A DNA stretch of 32,000 nucleotides from Synechococcus elongatus PCC 6301. GTDB lineage: Bacteria; Cyanobacteriota; Cyanobacteriia; Synechococcales; Synechococcaceae. Below the pieces are notes generated by a model. It saw only the letters and a list, made by a program, of their open reading frames with translations. It searched no databases and had not been told where the DNA came from. The stretch covers positions 690,001-722,000 of the forward strand of contig NC_006576.1 of NCBI RefSeq assembly GCF_000010065.1, written 5' to 3'. This document shows positions 16,522-25,447 of the stretch, in pieces. The number at the start of each line of letters is the position of its first letter. Within the stretch, counting starts at the first letter, position 1. A program made the translations under genes and the position numbers.

Positions 16522-19107
16522 ATGTTGGAAGCCTACCGCCAAGCCGCCGCTGAGCGCGAAGCCTTGGGGGTTCCGCCGCTGCCGCTGGATGCGGACCAAA
16601 CAGCAGCCCTGTGTGAGCTCTTGCAAGCCCCGCCTGTGGGTGAGGAAGCGACGCTACTCCATCTGTTGCGCGATCGCGTGCCCCCAGGGGTTGACCAGGC
16701 TGCCTACGTCAAAGCAACCTTTCTCAGTGCGATCGCCCACGGTGAAACCACCAGTCCGCTGATCATGCCGGTCGAGGCAGTTGAACTGCTGGGCACGATG
16801 ATCGGCGGTTACAACGTCGCCGCGCTGATTGATCTACTTAAGAGTGCAGATGTGGCGATCGCTACGGCCGCCGTTGCCGCTCTCAGCAAAACCCTGCTGG
16901 TTTACGACGCTTATAACGACGTTGTCGCACTGGCTGAAACCAATGCCTACGCCCAACAAGTCCTAGAGTCTTGGGCAAAGGCCGAGTGGTTCACCAGCAA
17001 ACCCACTCTGCCGGAAGCGATCACCGTCACGATCTTCAAAGTGCCGGGCGAAACCAACACCGACGATCTCTCGCCGGCCACTCACGCCACCACCCGCCCT
17101 GACATTCCGCTCCATGCCCAAGCGATGCTGGAAACGCGGCTGCCCGGTTCCCTCGAAACCATTCCGGTGCTGAAAGAGAAAGGGTATCCTCTCGCCTACG
17201 TTGGCGATGTGGTCGGCACCGGCTCTTCGCGGAAATCCGCGATTAACTCGGTTCTCTGGCACATCGGCGAAGACATCCCCTTCGTGCCCAACAAGCGCAG
17301 CGGTGGCATTATCCTCGGCGGCAAAATCGCCCCGATCTTCTTCAACACCGCCGAAGACTCGGGCGCACTGCCAATCGAATGCGATGTCAGCGCCCTCGAC
17401 ACTGGCATGGTCGTTACTATTTATCCCTACGAAGGCGTCATTAAAGATGAGGCAGGCACTGTCCTCTCAACCTTTAGCCTCAAGCCCGACACAATTCTGG
17501 ATGAAGTGCGGGCGGGTGGCCGGATTCCCCTGCTGATCGGGCGATCGCTCACGGATAAAGTGCGATCGCAGCTCGGTCTACCCGTCAGCGACGTTTTTGT
17601 GCGTCCGCAACCGCCCGCGGATACCGGCAAAGGCTTCACGCTGGCGCAAAAAATGGTCGGTCGCGCCTGCGGTCTTCCCGGCGTGCGTCCCGGCACGAGT
17701 TGTGAACCAATCATGACCACTGTTGGTAGCCAAGACACCACGGGGCCGATGACACGAGACGAGATGAAGGAGCTAGCTTGCCTCGGCTTCAGCGCCGACT
17801 TGGTAATGCAGAGCTTCTGTCACACAGCCGCCTATCCCAAGCCTGTTGACATCAAAACCCACAAAACCCTGCCGGACTTCATTGCCCAGCGTGGGGGGGT
17901 CGCCCTCAAACCGGGGGATGGCATCATTCACAGCTGGCTCAATCGCATGCTACTGCCCGACACCGTCGGCACCGGCGGCGATAGCCATACCCGCTTCCCG
18001 CTAGGGATTTCCTTCCCGGCTGGTTCCGGTCTGGTAGCGTTTGCAGCTGCGATCGGGGCGATGCCACTGGATATGCCAGAATCCGTGCTCGTGCGCTTCA
18101 CGGGTTCACTGCAACCCGGCATCACGCTGCGGGATGTGGTCAATGCCATTCCTTATCAAGCAATCCAGCAAGGGCTGCTGACTGTCTCTAAAGAAAATAA
18201 AGTCAACGTCTTCTCCGGCCGGATCATGGAGATTGAGGGACTCCCAGATCTGAAGCTCGAGCAAGCTTTCGAGCTAACCGATGCCACAGCGGAGCGTTCC
18301 TGCGCTGGCAGCACGATCAAACTCAGCGAGGATACTGTCGCCGAATACCTGCGATCGAATGTGGCGCTGATGAAGAACATGATCGCCCGCGGCTACGAAG
18401 ACAGCCGCACCTTGGCACGTCGCATCCGTCAGATGGAAGATTGGCTGGCCAATCCACAGCTGCTCTCGGCCGATGAAGACGCCGAATATGCAGCCGTGAT
18501 CGAGATCAATCTCGATGAGTTGACTGAGCCGATTCTGGCTTGCCCGAACGATCCGGATAACGTCAAAAAGTTGTCAGAAGTGGCTGGCGATCCCATCCAC
18601 GAAATCTTCATTGGCTCCTGTATGACCAACATTGGCCACTATCGCGCTGCGGCCAAAGTGCTGGAAGGTGAAGGCCAAGTGGGCGGTCGCCTCTGGATTT
18701 GCCCACCGACCCGGATGGATGAAGACCGGCTCAAGGAAGAAGGCTACTACAGCACCTTCGCAGCGGCTGGTGCTCGCTTGGAAGTGCCGGGTTGTTCGCT
18801 CTGCATGGGTAACCAAGCTCGTGTTGCCGATAACACCACGGTCTTCTCGACCAGCACCCGCAACTTCAACAACCGTATGGGCAAGGGTGCTCAGGTCTAT
18901 TTAGGATCGGCGGAATTGGCGGCAGTCTGTGCACTCTTGGGCCGCATTCCCACACTCGAGGAGTACTTGAAGGTGGCAGCTGAGAAGATTAATCCCTTTG
19001 CAGCTGATCTGTATCAGTACCTCAACTTCGACCAACTAGAAGGTTTTGCTGAGGAAGGTCGCGTTAAATCGACTGAAGAAGTCGATCGCATTTTGACCAC
19101 TGTGTAG
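16522..19107 (+). CDS. acnB: Bifunctional aconitate hydratase 2 / 2-methylisocitrate dehydratase
   Basis: About 860 aa in AcnB-type domain order, starting with an N-terminal HEAT-like region ([22 protein letters not shown]). Cluster-ligand regions are IGSCMTN and [11 protein letters not shown]. The ATG at 16522 has AGGAG 9 nt upstream. Confidence 0.95.
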   Translation: MLEAYRQAAAEREALGVPPLPLDADQTAALCELLQAPPVGEEATLLHLLRDRVPPGVDQAAYVKATFLSAIAHGETTSPLIMPVEAVELLGTMIGGYNVAALIDLLKSADVAIATAAVAALSKTLLVYDAYNDVVALAETNAYAQQVLESWAKAEWFTSKPTLPEAITVTIFKVPGETNTDDLSPATHATTRPDIPLHAQAMLETRLPGSLETIPVLKEKGYPLAYVGDVVGTGSSRKSAINSVLWHIGEDIPFVPNKRSGGIILGGKIAPIFFNTAEDSGALPIECDVSALDTGMVVTIYPYEGVIKDEAGTVLSTFSLKPDTILDEVRAGGRIPLLIGRSLTDKVRSQLGLPVSDVFVRPQPPADTGKGFTLAQKMVGRACGLPGVRPGTSCEPIMTTVGSQDTTGPMTRDEMKELACLGFSADLVMQSFCHTAAYPKPVDIKTHKTLPDFIAQRGGVALKPGDGIIHSWLNRMLLPDTVGTGGDSHTRFPLGISFPAGSGLVAFAAAIGAMPLDMPESVLVRFTGSLQPGITLRDVVNAIPYQAIQQGLLTVSKENKVNVFSGRIMEIEGLPDLKLEQAFELTDATAERSCAGSTIKLSEDTVAEYLRSNVALMKNMIARGYEDSRTLARRIRQMEDWLANPQLLSADEDAEYAAVIEINLDELTEPILACPNDPDNVKKLSEVAGDPIHEIFIGSCMTNIGHYRAAAKVLEGEGQVGGRLWICPPTRMDEDRLKEEGYYSTFAAAGARLEVPGCSLCMGNQARVADNTTVFSTSTRNFNNRMGKGAQVYLGSAELAAVCALLGRIPTLEEYLKVAAEKINPFAADLYQYLNFDQLEGFAEEGRVKSTEEVDRILTTV

Positions 19108-19127
19108 AGACCGCTAAATTGTCGGTC

Positions 19128-19161
19128 AACCTCCGGGGGCGATCGCTCTCGGAGGTTTTTT
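19128..19161 (+). terminator. Rho-independent terminator of acnB
   Basis: The stem pairs aacctccg (19128-19135) with cggaggtt (19150-19157). A HIP1 octamer sits at the apex and a TTTTTT run follows. Confidence 0.8.
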
Positions 19162-19267
19162 GTGCTTCATGACCTGTGATCAAAATCACAAGCTGCTCAG
19201 GAATACATCACGGCCCGGCTCAGGGCTCTCAGCGAGAGTAAACGTATTCTTCTTTCAGCCCTCAGCC

Positions 19268-20128
19268 ATGGCCTTCCACTCTCGCATCGGCTCCACCAGC
19301 CAAGTCAAATCCAGCCTCAAGCTGCTAAAAAGTCTGGAGCCGGTCAACACCTCAAATCTCTCTGCTCCAACACCTACCCCTGCTCCAACACCAGCTATCA
19401 CGACCTATGGATCTGCAGGCAATGACAATCTTTTAGGTGGTTTTTCTGCAGACATCATCTATGGCGGTGATGGCAACGATGTCCTCTCGGGCGGCACGAC
19501 CTATTCGATGGCAAGCTACTTCAACGGCCAATATATTAATGATCTCTCTGGCGATACACTCTACGGCGAAGCTGGCAATGATCTCCTCCTAGGTGGACTT
19601 GGTCGTGACTATCTCTACGGTGGCGTGGGTGATGACACATTAGAAGGTTACGGCTTCAAACCTCAGCTTTCTCAAGTGGCCGTGGATGATACATTTCCCT
19701 TTGAAATTGAGGGTAATTTTCTGGATGGTGGAGAAGGAAATGATGTGCTTCTTGGGTCGATGGGAAACGATACCTTGATAGGTGGAACCGGTGATGACGT
19801 TTTAAATGGCCGAGGTGGACGTGACCTGATCACGGGTGGGCTAGGTTCTGACCAGTTTGTTATTAATGTAGAGAGCTACCGCGACAGCGCTACTTTTCCC
19901 AACACCTTTGCCACGATTCTGGACTTTAGTGCAGAGGATACTCTTCGCGTCGATCGCCCTGTGATCTTGCAATTAGGATCCGCTAGCGCAGTCAGCATCA
20001 ATCAAGTCAATCTCTACACAACGTCTGACTCTGGCAGTCTGGATTTGATCGCCAGCATTCAAAGTACTGCCTTTGCTTCAGTCAGTGATTTGGCGACAGC
20101 CGTGATGAATGACTTGCTAGGGCTTTAG
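19268..20128 (+). CDS. RTX-type (hemolysin-type calcium-binding repeat) protein
   Basis: It has multiple GGxGxDxL-type nonapeptides (GSAGNDNLLGG, GGDGNDVLSGG, GEAGNDLLLGGLGRDYLYGGVGDDTLEG, GGEGNDVLLGSMGNDTLIGGTGDDVLNGRGGRDLITGGLGSDQF). There is no N-terminal signal peptide. The start is set at the ATG at 19268 because upstream in-frame starts fall inside the acnB terminator. Confidence 0.75.
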   Translation: MAFHSRIGSTSQVKSSLKLLKSLEPVNTSNLSAPTPTPAPTPAITTYGSAGNDNLLGGFSADIIYGGDGNDVLSGGTTYSMASYFNGQYINDLSGDTLYGEAGNDLLLGGLGRDYLYGGVGDDTLEGYGFKPQLSQVAVDDTFPFEIEGNFLDGGEGNDVLLGSMGNDTLIGGTGDDVLNGRGGRDLITGGLGSDQFVINVESYRDSATFPNTFATILDFSAEDTLRVDRPVILQLGSASAVSINQVNLYTTSDSGSLDLIASIQSTAFASVSDLATAVMNDLLGL

Positions 20129-20186
20129 CTTGAAATTAAGCCTTTGAGTCAGGGTCTCAAGACTGCGAGATCAAACGTCTGCATAT

Positions 20187-21122
20187 TCAACGAAGGTCAG
20201 CCCCGCGTAGGAACAGGAGTAGAGCTTGGCAAAGCTTCTCGGGCCAATCTTCTTGCGGATAGTGACCGGTTTCTTCGAAGCGAACAAACTCCGCCGAGGT
20301 TAATTTCCCAGCGCCTGCCTCAGCTTCTACCCAAGTGAGCCAAGGATCGCGATCGCCCCAACCGACAAGAATAGGTTGCGACCACTGGGCTAATGCACTG
20401 GCAATTTCGGTGCTGACTCGCGCTTGATCTAATTGCCGCACCGTTGCCAAGAGTGCTCGTCCTGCCGCAGAACTGGATAGATAGGGTCGGCGATAGACAT
20501 CCAGATCGGCATCCTCAACACGATAGCCACCGCCACCTTCCAGCACGCGATCAACTGTCAGTGGATCTTGGCAGAGCATTTCACCGGCGAGAGGCAGACC
20601 GAGTTGCCGAATCTTCCAAGGGACGGAAGCGCCGGCATAGAAGGGTGTATTGAATAGGGCAATCCGTTCAACGCGATCGGGATGTTGGGCAGCCCAAAGC
20701 AACCCCACTGCTCCCAGATAGCCTTGGACAACGAGATGAAGGCGCTCAATGCCCAGCTCTGCTCGCCATGCTTCCAAGGCGCTGACAAACGCCTCGGGTG
20801 TGTAGGCAAACTCGCGCCGCTCTGGCTGACTGGAGAAACCTGCTCCAATCCAGTCCGGTGCGATCGCCCGAAACCCCGCATCGGCGATCGCGGGTAACAC
20901 CTGCCGCCAGCCATAGCTTTGACTAACCAGCCCATGCAAGCAGACCACAGGTAACTTTGCGGGATCAGCCTGTGTGGGCTCAGCCTCGCGGTAGAACCAT
21001 TCCAGAGATCCCACCGTTTGTTTCTGTTCCGCGATCGCCACCAGCTCTCCCCTGTTTTTTCTGAAGCCAAACGGCTTTGAGCATACCTTCCCAGCGAGTG
21101 GGGGGGTCGCAACAGTCTTCAC
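20187..21122 (-). CDS. Alpha/beta-fold hydrolase (haloalkane dehalogenase / epoxide hydrolase-like)
   Basis: It has VVCLHGLVSQSYGWRQV (an HG-type oxyanion motif), a nucleophile-elbow region VVQGYLGAVG and a late WGDRDPW..GHYPQED. The start is uncertain (GTG at 21122 or the internal GTG giving MAIAEQKQ). Confidence 0.82.
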   Translation of the reverse strand: MKTVATPPLAGKVCSKPFGFRKNRGELVAIAEQKQTVGSLEWFYREAEPTQADPAKLPVVCLHGLVSQSYGWRQVLPAIADAGFRAIAPDWIGAGFSSQPERREFAYTPEAFVSALEAWRAELGIERLHLVVQGYLGAVGLLWAAQHPDRVERIALFNTPFYAGASVPWKIRQLGLPLAGEMLCQDPLTVDRVLEGGGGYRVEDADLDVYRRPYLSSSAAGRALLATVRQLDQARVSTEIASALAQWSQPILVGWGDRDPWLTWVEAEAGAGKLTSAEFVRFEETGHYPQEDWPEKLCQALLLFLRGADLR

Positions 21123-21221
21123 AATTTTTTTGACGTAAAGATGTATAACGGTAGCAATTTATACAGAAAAATATTGCTAGATTTAAATCAAGCCTAGTTT
21201 TGCTTGCTGGAGGGATTGACC

Positions 21222-21425
21222 ATGAACACCACCACCCAATCGCGTGAACTGGTGATGCGCCATCAGCAGGCAATCAAAAACCGCCAGCAATCAATGCTGG
21301 GGCGTGCCAATGTCGACATCGGCATGCCGCTGAGCCAAATGCGGCACTACAACGGCACCATTCAAGGCAAGGTGCATTCAGATTTCCGAGCTGCTTACGA
21401 TCGCAGTGGTGCTGCGCTGAGCTAA
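21222..21425 (+). CDS. Small hypothetical protein (67 aa)
   Basis: The ATG at 21222 has a GGAGGG Shine-Dalgarno 7 nt upstream. A clean terminator follows at 21482-21510. I recognise no family. Confidence 0.5.
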   Translation: MNTTTQSRELVMRHQQAIKNRQQSMLGRANVDIGMPLSQMRHYNGTIQGKVHSDFRAAYDRSGAALS

Positions 21426-21481
21426 GTCCACTGCTGCATCTTGAGTCTCGTCCTCCTAGTCCTCTATTGTCTCGACGAATA

Positions 21482-21510
21482 TCGCTCTGGAATTCCAGGG
21501 CGATTTTTTT
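21482..21510 (+). terminator. Rho-independent terminator of the 67-aa ORF
   Basis: The stem pairs tcgctctgg with ccagggcga (one G-U pair), the loop is aatt and a T7 run follows. Confidence 0.7.
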
Positions 21511-21569
21511 GTCTGTCACCTCAATCGAGCGATCGCGGAAGATAAAGGCGGATCTCTGGCTGATTTGTC

Positions 21570-22367
21570 GTGCGTGTTGTTCCTGTTGGGTTACTGCGAT
21601 CGCTGTTAATCGGAGCGATTGCCCTCGGCTGTTGGCTGACTGTGATCACACCAGCACAGGCGGCAACCTTGAGCGATCGCGCTGCGTCGTATCCGGCTTG
21701 GTCAAGCTCACCATCCCTAAAAACCAATGCACCGGATCTGCCCTACCCCGATTGGATGGCAGGAACGTGGCAAGTCACCAGCACCTTGCTGGATTTACAA
21801 GCACCCCTCGCGCCGGAAATCATCACACCAGGCTTTGACAGCAATCGCCGCTGGCTGGATCAACCGCCGGAGTTTCCTGTGCGCTTTGGCACCCCGACCT
21901 ACGCTGCCGCTGCAAAACCGCTACCAGATTTACGGCCTCAAGCAGCCCCCGTCGTCGCCGATCGCGCTTTTAATGGCCTTGCGATCGCCCGCGCCTATCT
22001 TGGGGAGGCTGTTGCCACCGTCAAAGCTCCTGATCCCAATCAACAACTCGTCCAGTTGGTGAATGGCGATAGTCTGCTAATGCGGATGACAGGCCGAGCC
22101 TGGGAACAGCCCACCGACTTCGTTTTCATTGCTAGCGAACTGAGCCGCCAGATTTTTCGGGGTCAGGGTCGCCCTCAGTTCAACAGCGTAGAAACCACAG
22201 CTCGCTACCAGCTGCGATCGCCCAATTTGATTACGGCGGATCAAATTACCGCCATCTATCTGACGCCGCAGGACCCCAGCTACTTTCAAGTTGGCGATCG
22301 TCCGATCGCGCTCTACCGTTACGCCCTGACACTGACTCGCACGGATGACATCTCTGAAGCGGCTTGA
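21570..22367 (+). CDS. Conserved-looking exported protein of unknown function
   Basis: 265 aa with a GTG start and the signal peptide MRVVPVGLLRSLLIGAIALGCWLTVITPAQA/A. I recognise no catalytic motifs. Confidence 0.6.
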   Translation: MRVVPVGLLRSLLIGAIALGCWLTVITPAQAATLSDRAASYPAWSSSPSLKTNAPDLPYPDWMAGTWQVTSTLLDLQAPLAPEIITPGFDSNRRWLDQPPEFPVRFGTPTYAAAAKPLPDLRPQAAPVVADRAFNGLAIARAYLGEAVATVKAPDPNQQLVQLVNGDSLLMRMTGRAWEQPTDFVFIASELSRQIFRGQGRPQFNSVETTARYQLRSPNLITADQITAIYLTPQDPSYFQVGDRPIALYRYALTLTRTDDISEAA

Positions 22368-22416
22368 TTCAGTCAGCAATCCGTGGTTACGGCAGGGAAC
22401 GTCTAGTCAGCTACGA

Positions 22417-22454
22417 CAAACAAAAACCCAGCCTCCAACAAGAAGACTGGGTTT
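22417..22454 (-). terminator. Rho-independent terminator downstream of tRNA-Thr(UGU)
   Basis: The stem pairs aaacccag (22424-22431) with ctgggttt (22447-22454). On the minus strand it is followed by TTGTTTG. Confidence 0.6.
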
Positions 22455-22462
22455 GAGCTCAG

Positions 22463-22534
22463 AGCCGGTGACCGGATTCGAACCTGCGACCGGCTGTTTA
22501 CAAAACAGCTGCTCTACCCCTGAGCTACACCGGC
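22463..22534 (-). tRNA. tRNA-Thr (anticodon UGU)
   Basis: It has a GCCGGTG/CACCGGC acceptor, a GCTC..GAGC D stem and a GCTGT-TTTGTAA-ACAGC anticodon arm. The T arm GCAGG-TTCGAAT-CCGGT contains one A-G mismatch. It lies 13 nt downstream of the ferredoxin-like gene. Confidence 0.85.
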
Positions 22535-22547
22535 AAGGCAGTAATTA

Positions 22548-22940
22548 CTATAGCGGATCGACTGCTGGCAACGCATGTTGATGCAAAATCAACTCTTGCA
22601 CGGGTTGACCACCTAGCAAATGTTCCTGCAAAATCCGCTCAATCGCTTCGGGGGTGACGCGACCGTACCAAATGCCCTCGGGATAGACCAAGAGAATCGG
22701 CCCTTCTTGACAGACGCGCAGACAGTTGGCCTTAGTTCGAAACACCAGAGGCTTGCCAGTGTCGGGGCGATCGAGATCCAACTCCCGCAGCCGGCGCTTC
22801 AGATACTCCCAGCTTTCGAGACTGCGATCGCGATCGCAACGAAGCGGTTTAGTTTGGTCGGCGCAGAGAAATAAGTGGCGATCGATCTGATCGAGGCCGA
22901 GACTCCGCACCCGCACCGACAGGGTTTCAGCGAGGGTCAT
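22548..22940 (-). CDS. Thioredoxin-like [2Fe-2S] ferredoxin-domain protein
   Basis: 130 aa. It has [14 protein letters not shown] ... [25 protein letters not shown] (four Cys) with a typical (2Fe-2S) ferredoxin-domain layout. Its ATG overlaps the minE stop (ATGA). Confidence 0.7.
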   Translation of the reverse strand: MTLAETLSVRVRSLGLDQIDRHLFLCADQTKPLRCDRDRSLESWEYLKRRLRELDLDRPDTGKPLVFRTKANCLRVCQEGPILLVYPEGIWYGRVTPEAIERILQEHLLGGQPVQELILHQHALPAVDPL

Positions 22941-23212
22941 CCTTCAGCAGTTGCGGGTTTGACACGACGAATCGGTAAATTGGCGACAAGTGCTGTGACT
23001 CGCTGGTCATTTTCTAGCGAGAGTTCCATTCCCTCAGAGTCCAGCTCAACGTAGCGAGAGACCACTTCTAAAATCTCTTGGCGCATCTTTTGCAACAGCT
23101 CAGGGCTGAGGTCAGCACGATCGTGAGCCAGCACAAGCTTAAGGCGCTGCTTCACGGTGTCTCGACTGGCCTGTTGCCGGGGGAACAAGCGCTCGAATAA
23201 GTCAGCCAGCAT
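22937..23212 (-). CDS. minE: Cell division topological specificity factor MinE
   Basis: 91 aa. It has an N-terminal membrane-targeting/anti-MinCD region ([27 protein letters not shown]). It lies 14 nt downstream of minD. Confidence 0.9.
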   Translation of the reverse strand: MLADLFERLFPRQQASRDTVKQRLKLVLAHDRADLSPELLQKMRQEILEVVSRYVELDSEGMELSLENDQRVTALVANLPIRRVKPATAEG

Positions 23213-23226
23213 TGCTGCAAAGACCC

Positions 23227-24033
23227 CTAGAGAATTTTTTTATTGAGGATGCGGCGAATCTTACTGAGCACACCGCTCTGGGGTTCCTCAAGATTGAGGA
23301 AGTCGATGCTTTCACCACTCAGGCGCCGCGCCACATTGATGAATGCCTTGGCCGCCAAGGAAGGTGCCTCGGCTAGGACCAACGGCTCGCCACGGTTGGT
23401 GGAAATAATCACCTGCTCGTCATCGGGAATGATGCCGACAAGAGGGATCGCGAGGATTTCCTGCACATCTTCGACACTCATCATGTCGTTGGCCTTGACC
23501 ATCGCTGGCCGCAGCCGGTTCAAAATCAGCCGAATCTCTGTGATGCCATGGGCTTCTAGCAATCCAATAACGCGATCGGCGTCTCGGACAGCCGCAATCT
23601 CCGGCGTCGTAACAATTACGGCTTCGCGGGCGGCCGCGATCGCATTCTGGAATCCGGCTTCAATTCCAGCGGGTGAGTCGATCAAGATCACGTCGAACTG
23701 ACCATCGAGCAGCGTCACCAACTGCTCCATCTGCTGGGGGGTCACCGACTCCTTCATGCGGTTGTTGGCCGCAGGCAGCAGGCAGAGATTCGGTTGGCGC
23801 TTGTCTTTGACCAATGCTTGCTCGAGGCGGCAATTGCCCGCTAAAACATCCTGAGCGGTGTAGACAATCCGATTCTCCAGCCCCAGCAGCAGGTCGAGAT
23901 TGCGCAAGCCAAAGTCCGCATCGATGAGCACGAGGCGTTTACCCAGCTGGGCTAAGGCCATACCCAAGTTGGCGCTGGAGGTGGTTTTGCCCACGCCTCC
24001 CTTACCGGAGGTGACAACAATAACGCGACTCAT
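23227..24033 (-). CDS. minD: Septum site-determining ATPase MinD
   Basis: 268 aa. It has the deviant Walker [31 protein letters not shown] and a C-terminal amphipathic helix ([13 protein letters not shown]). Confidence 0.95.
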   Translation of the reverse strand: MSRVIVVTSGKGGVGKTTSSANLGMALAQLGKRLVLIDADFGLRNLDLLLGLENRIVYTAQDVLAGNCRLEQALVKDKRQPNLCLLPAANNRMKESVTPQQMEQLVTLLDGQFDVILIDSPAGIEAGFQNAIAAAREAVIVTTPEIAAVRDADRVIGLLEAHGITEIRLILNRLRPAMVKANDMMSVEDVQEILAIPLVGIIPDDEQVIISTNRGEPLVLAEAPSLAAKAFINVARRLSGESIDFLNLEEPQSGVLSKIRRILNKKIL

Positions 24034-24207
24034 AGGGTCCGAAGAGCAGGAGCGGCGATCGCTCAGCCGGCAATCGCTGACTCATCTTAAACCGTGTCGT
24101 CAAATCCCCCTAGACTGCCAAAGGCTTTCTATATTCACCCTTCATGACAGGGCTGTTCTGCCTGACGATGGAAAGACAATGCAGCGGGGCTTTCACTCCC
24201 AACTTGA

Positions 24208-25380
24208 ATGACAGCGGACTATAACTTACTGATTCTGGGGGCGACACCGGCAGCGATCGCGCTGGCACAACAGGCACGGCGCTGGCAGGCTCGTGTGGCC
24301 TTGATCTATCTGCCAGAGAGTTGGGGCGCGATCGATCGCGATCGCCTGTTGATGCGTTGCTTGTTGAAGTCCACTTCTGTCCCAGAAGCACTGGCCTCAG
24401 GGCAGGCTCTCTACGAACGCCTTGAGCTACTGCAAGGCCCGATCGCTCTGCAGCAACAGGGAATTGATATTGTTGCCAGTCACTGGAAAGCGACACGATC
24501 GCGTCGGGTGGTGGACTGTAGCGATCGCCGACTGGAGGCGCGGCAGATCTGGCAGGCTCAACCGACAGGGGCAGAAGCAACGCCGCTCTGGGACTTACTG
24601 ACCGCCGATCCACAACCGCAATCTGTGACGGTTACTGGCGATCGCACAATCGCGATTGGAGTTGCCCAAGCCCTGACCCGTCATGGTTGGGATGTCGGCT
24701 TGGCAACGCCTGCAATCTGGTCGAGTTGGGAGCCTACGATTGTTCAACGGCTGCAAGCTCAATGTCAGGCTGAGGGCATCCATCTGCTGGAGCAGTCAAC
24801 TCGTCAGACGGATTCCTGCGAGCTGAGTCTCAATTATTTCCAACCTGATCCGCTGCCGCTGCTGCCGGGGAGTCGGGCGATCGCAGCCAATCTCAGTCCG
24901 GCAGAAGTCCGTGCGATCGCGCAACACGGTCTGTTCGGTTGGCCGCGTCAGCAATCAGCTCTAGCCCCGCAGCAAGTTTTAGAGATGGATCCGGCGGCAG
25001 CTCAGGTAGGACTGACAGAAGCCCAAGCCCGCCGTCGCTACGGCGATCGCGTTGAACTAGTTACCGCAAGCTGGCAGCAGCATCCTGAAGCCTTGATTCG
25101 CGATCAAACGGCTGGTTTTCTGCAGCTTTGTGTGTTGAATAACGGTCGCCTGCTTGGGGCGAGTTGGGTAGCAGACAATGCGGGGGATCTGGTGGCACCT
25201 CTGAGTCTGGCGATTCAAACGCGGCGATCGCTGCCTTCACTCTTGGGCCTATGGCCTGAATCGAGTCTTGGGCAGGCGCTAGAGCAATTGCTGGCAGACT
25301 GGGAAGTCCAGCGCAATCAGCGGAGTTGGCGACGACGGTTGCTGAGTGAGTGGCAACTCTTCTGGCGATCGACTTTCTAA
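24208..25380 (+). CDS. Degenerate homologue of pyridine-nucleotide-disulfide oxidoreductases (lipoamide dehydrogenase/mercuric reductase fold), probably non-catalytic
   Basis: 390 aa. The N-terminal YNLLILGATPAAIALAQQARRWQARVALI mimics the FAD Rossmann fold, but GxGxxG is degraded. The C-terminal dimerisation-domain pattern (AQVGLTEAQARRRYG...GFLQLCV...GRLLGASWVADNAGDLVAPLSLAIQ) is retained. Confidence 0.6.
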   Translation: MTADYNLLILGATPAAIALAQQARRWQARVALIYLPESWGAIDRDRLLMRCLLKSTSVPEALASGQALYERLELLQGPIALQQQGIDIVASHWKATRSRRVVDCSDRRLEARQIWQAQPTGAEATPLWDLLTADPQPQSVTVTGDRTIAIGVAQALTRHGWDVGLATPAIWSSWEPTIVQRLQAQCQAEGIHLLEQSTRQTDSCELSLNYFQPDPLPLLPGSRAIAANLSPAEVRAIAQHGLFGWPRQQSALAPQQVLEMDPAAAQVGLTEAQARRRYGDRVELVTASWQQHPEALIRDQTAGFLQLCVLNNGRLLGASWVADNAGDLVAPLSLAIQTRRSLPSLLGLWPESSLGQALEQLLADWEVQRNQRSWRRRLLSEWQLFWRSTF

Positions 25381-25447
25381 ACGGGCGCAGCTTGGAGGAG
25401 ACCCCAGCCGAGCGGTATGGTGTCCAAGGAATTGGAGAAGCGATCGC

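Noticed and set aside
21100-21106. A G7/C7 homopolymer near the 5' end of the hydrolase ORF could be a phase-variation switch.
   Set aside because: It is a single 7-mer in a GC-rich genome. It lies in an N-terminal extension that may not be translated if the internal GTG is the true start, and there is no supporting evidence.
20558-21273. Alternative-frame minus-strand ORFs (20558-21112 and 20980-21273) overlap the hydrolase gene.
   Set aside because: The alpha/beta-hydrolase frame (20187-21122) carries the recognisable motifs. The alternative frames are W/R/S-rich with no features.
24110-24613. A 167-aa minus-strand ORF lies upstream of minD and might have been minC.
   Set aside because: Its product is P/S/R-rich with no MinC-like features. 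It lies antisense to the better-supported oxidoreductase-like ORF. By my recollection, minC is unlinked in this lineage.
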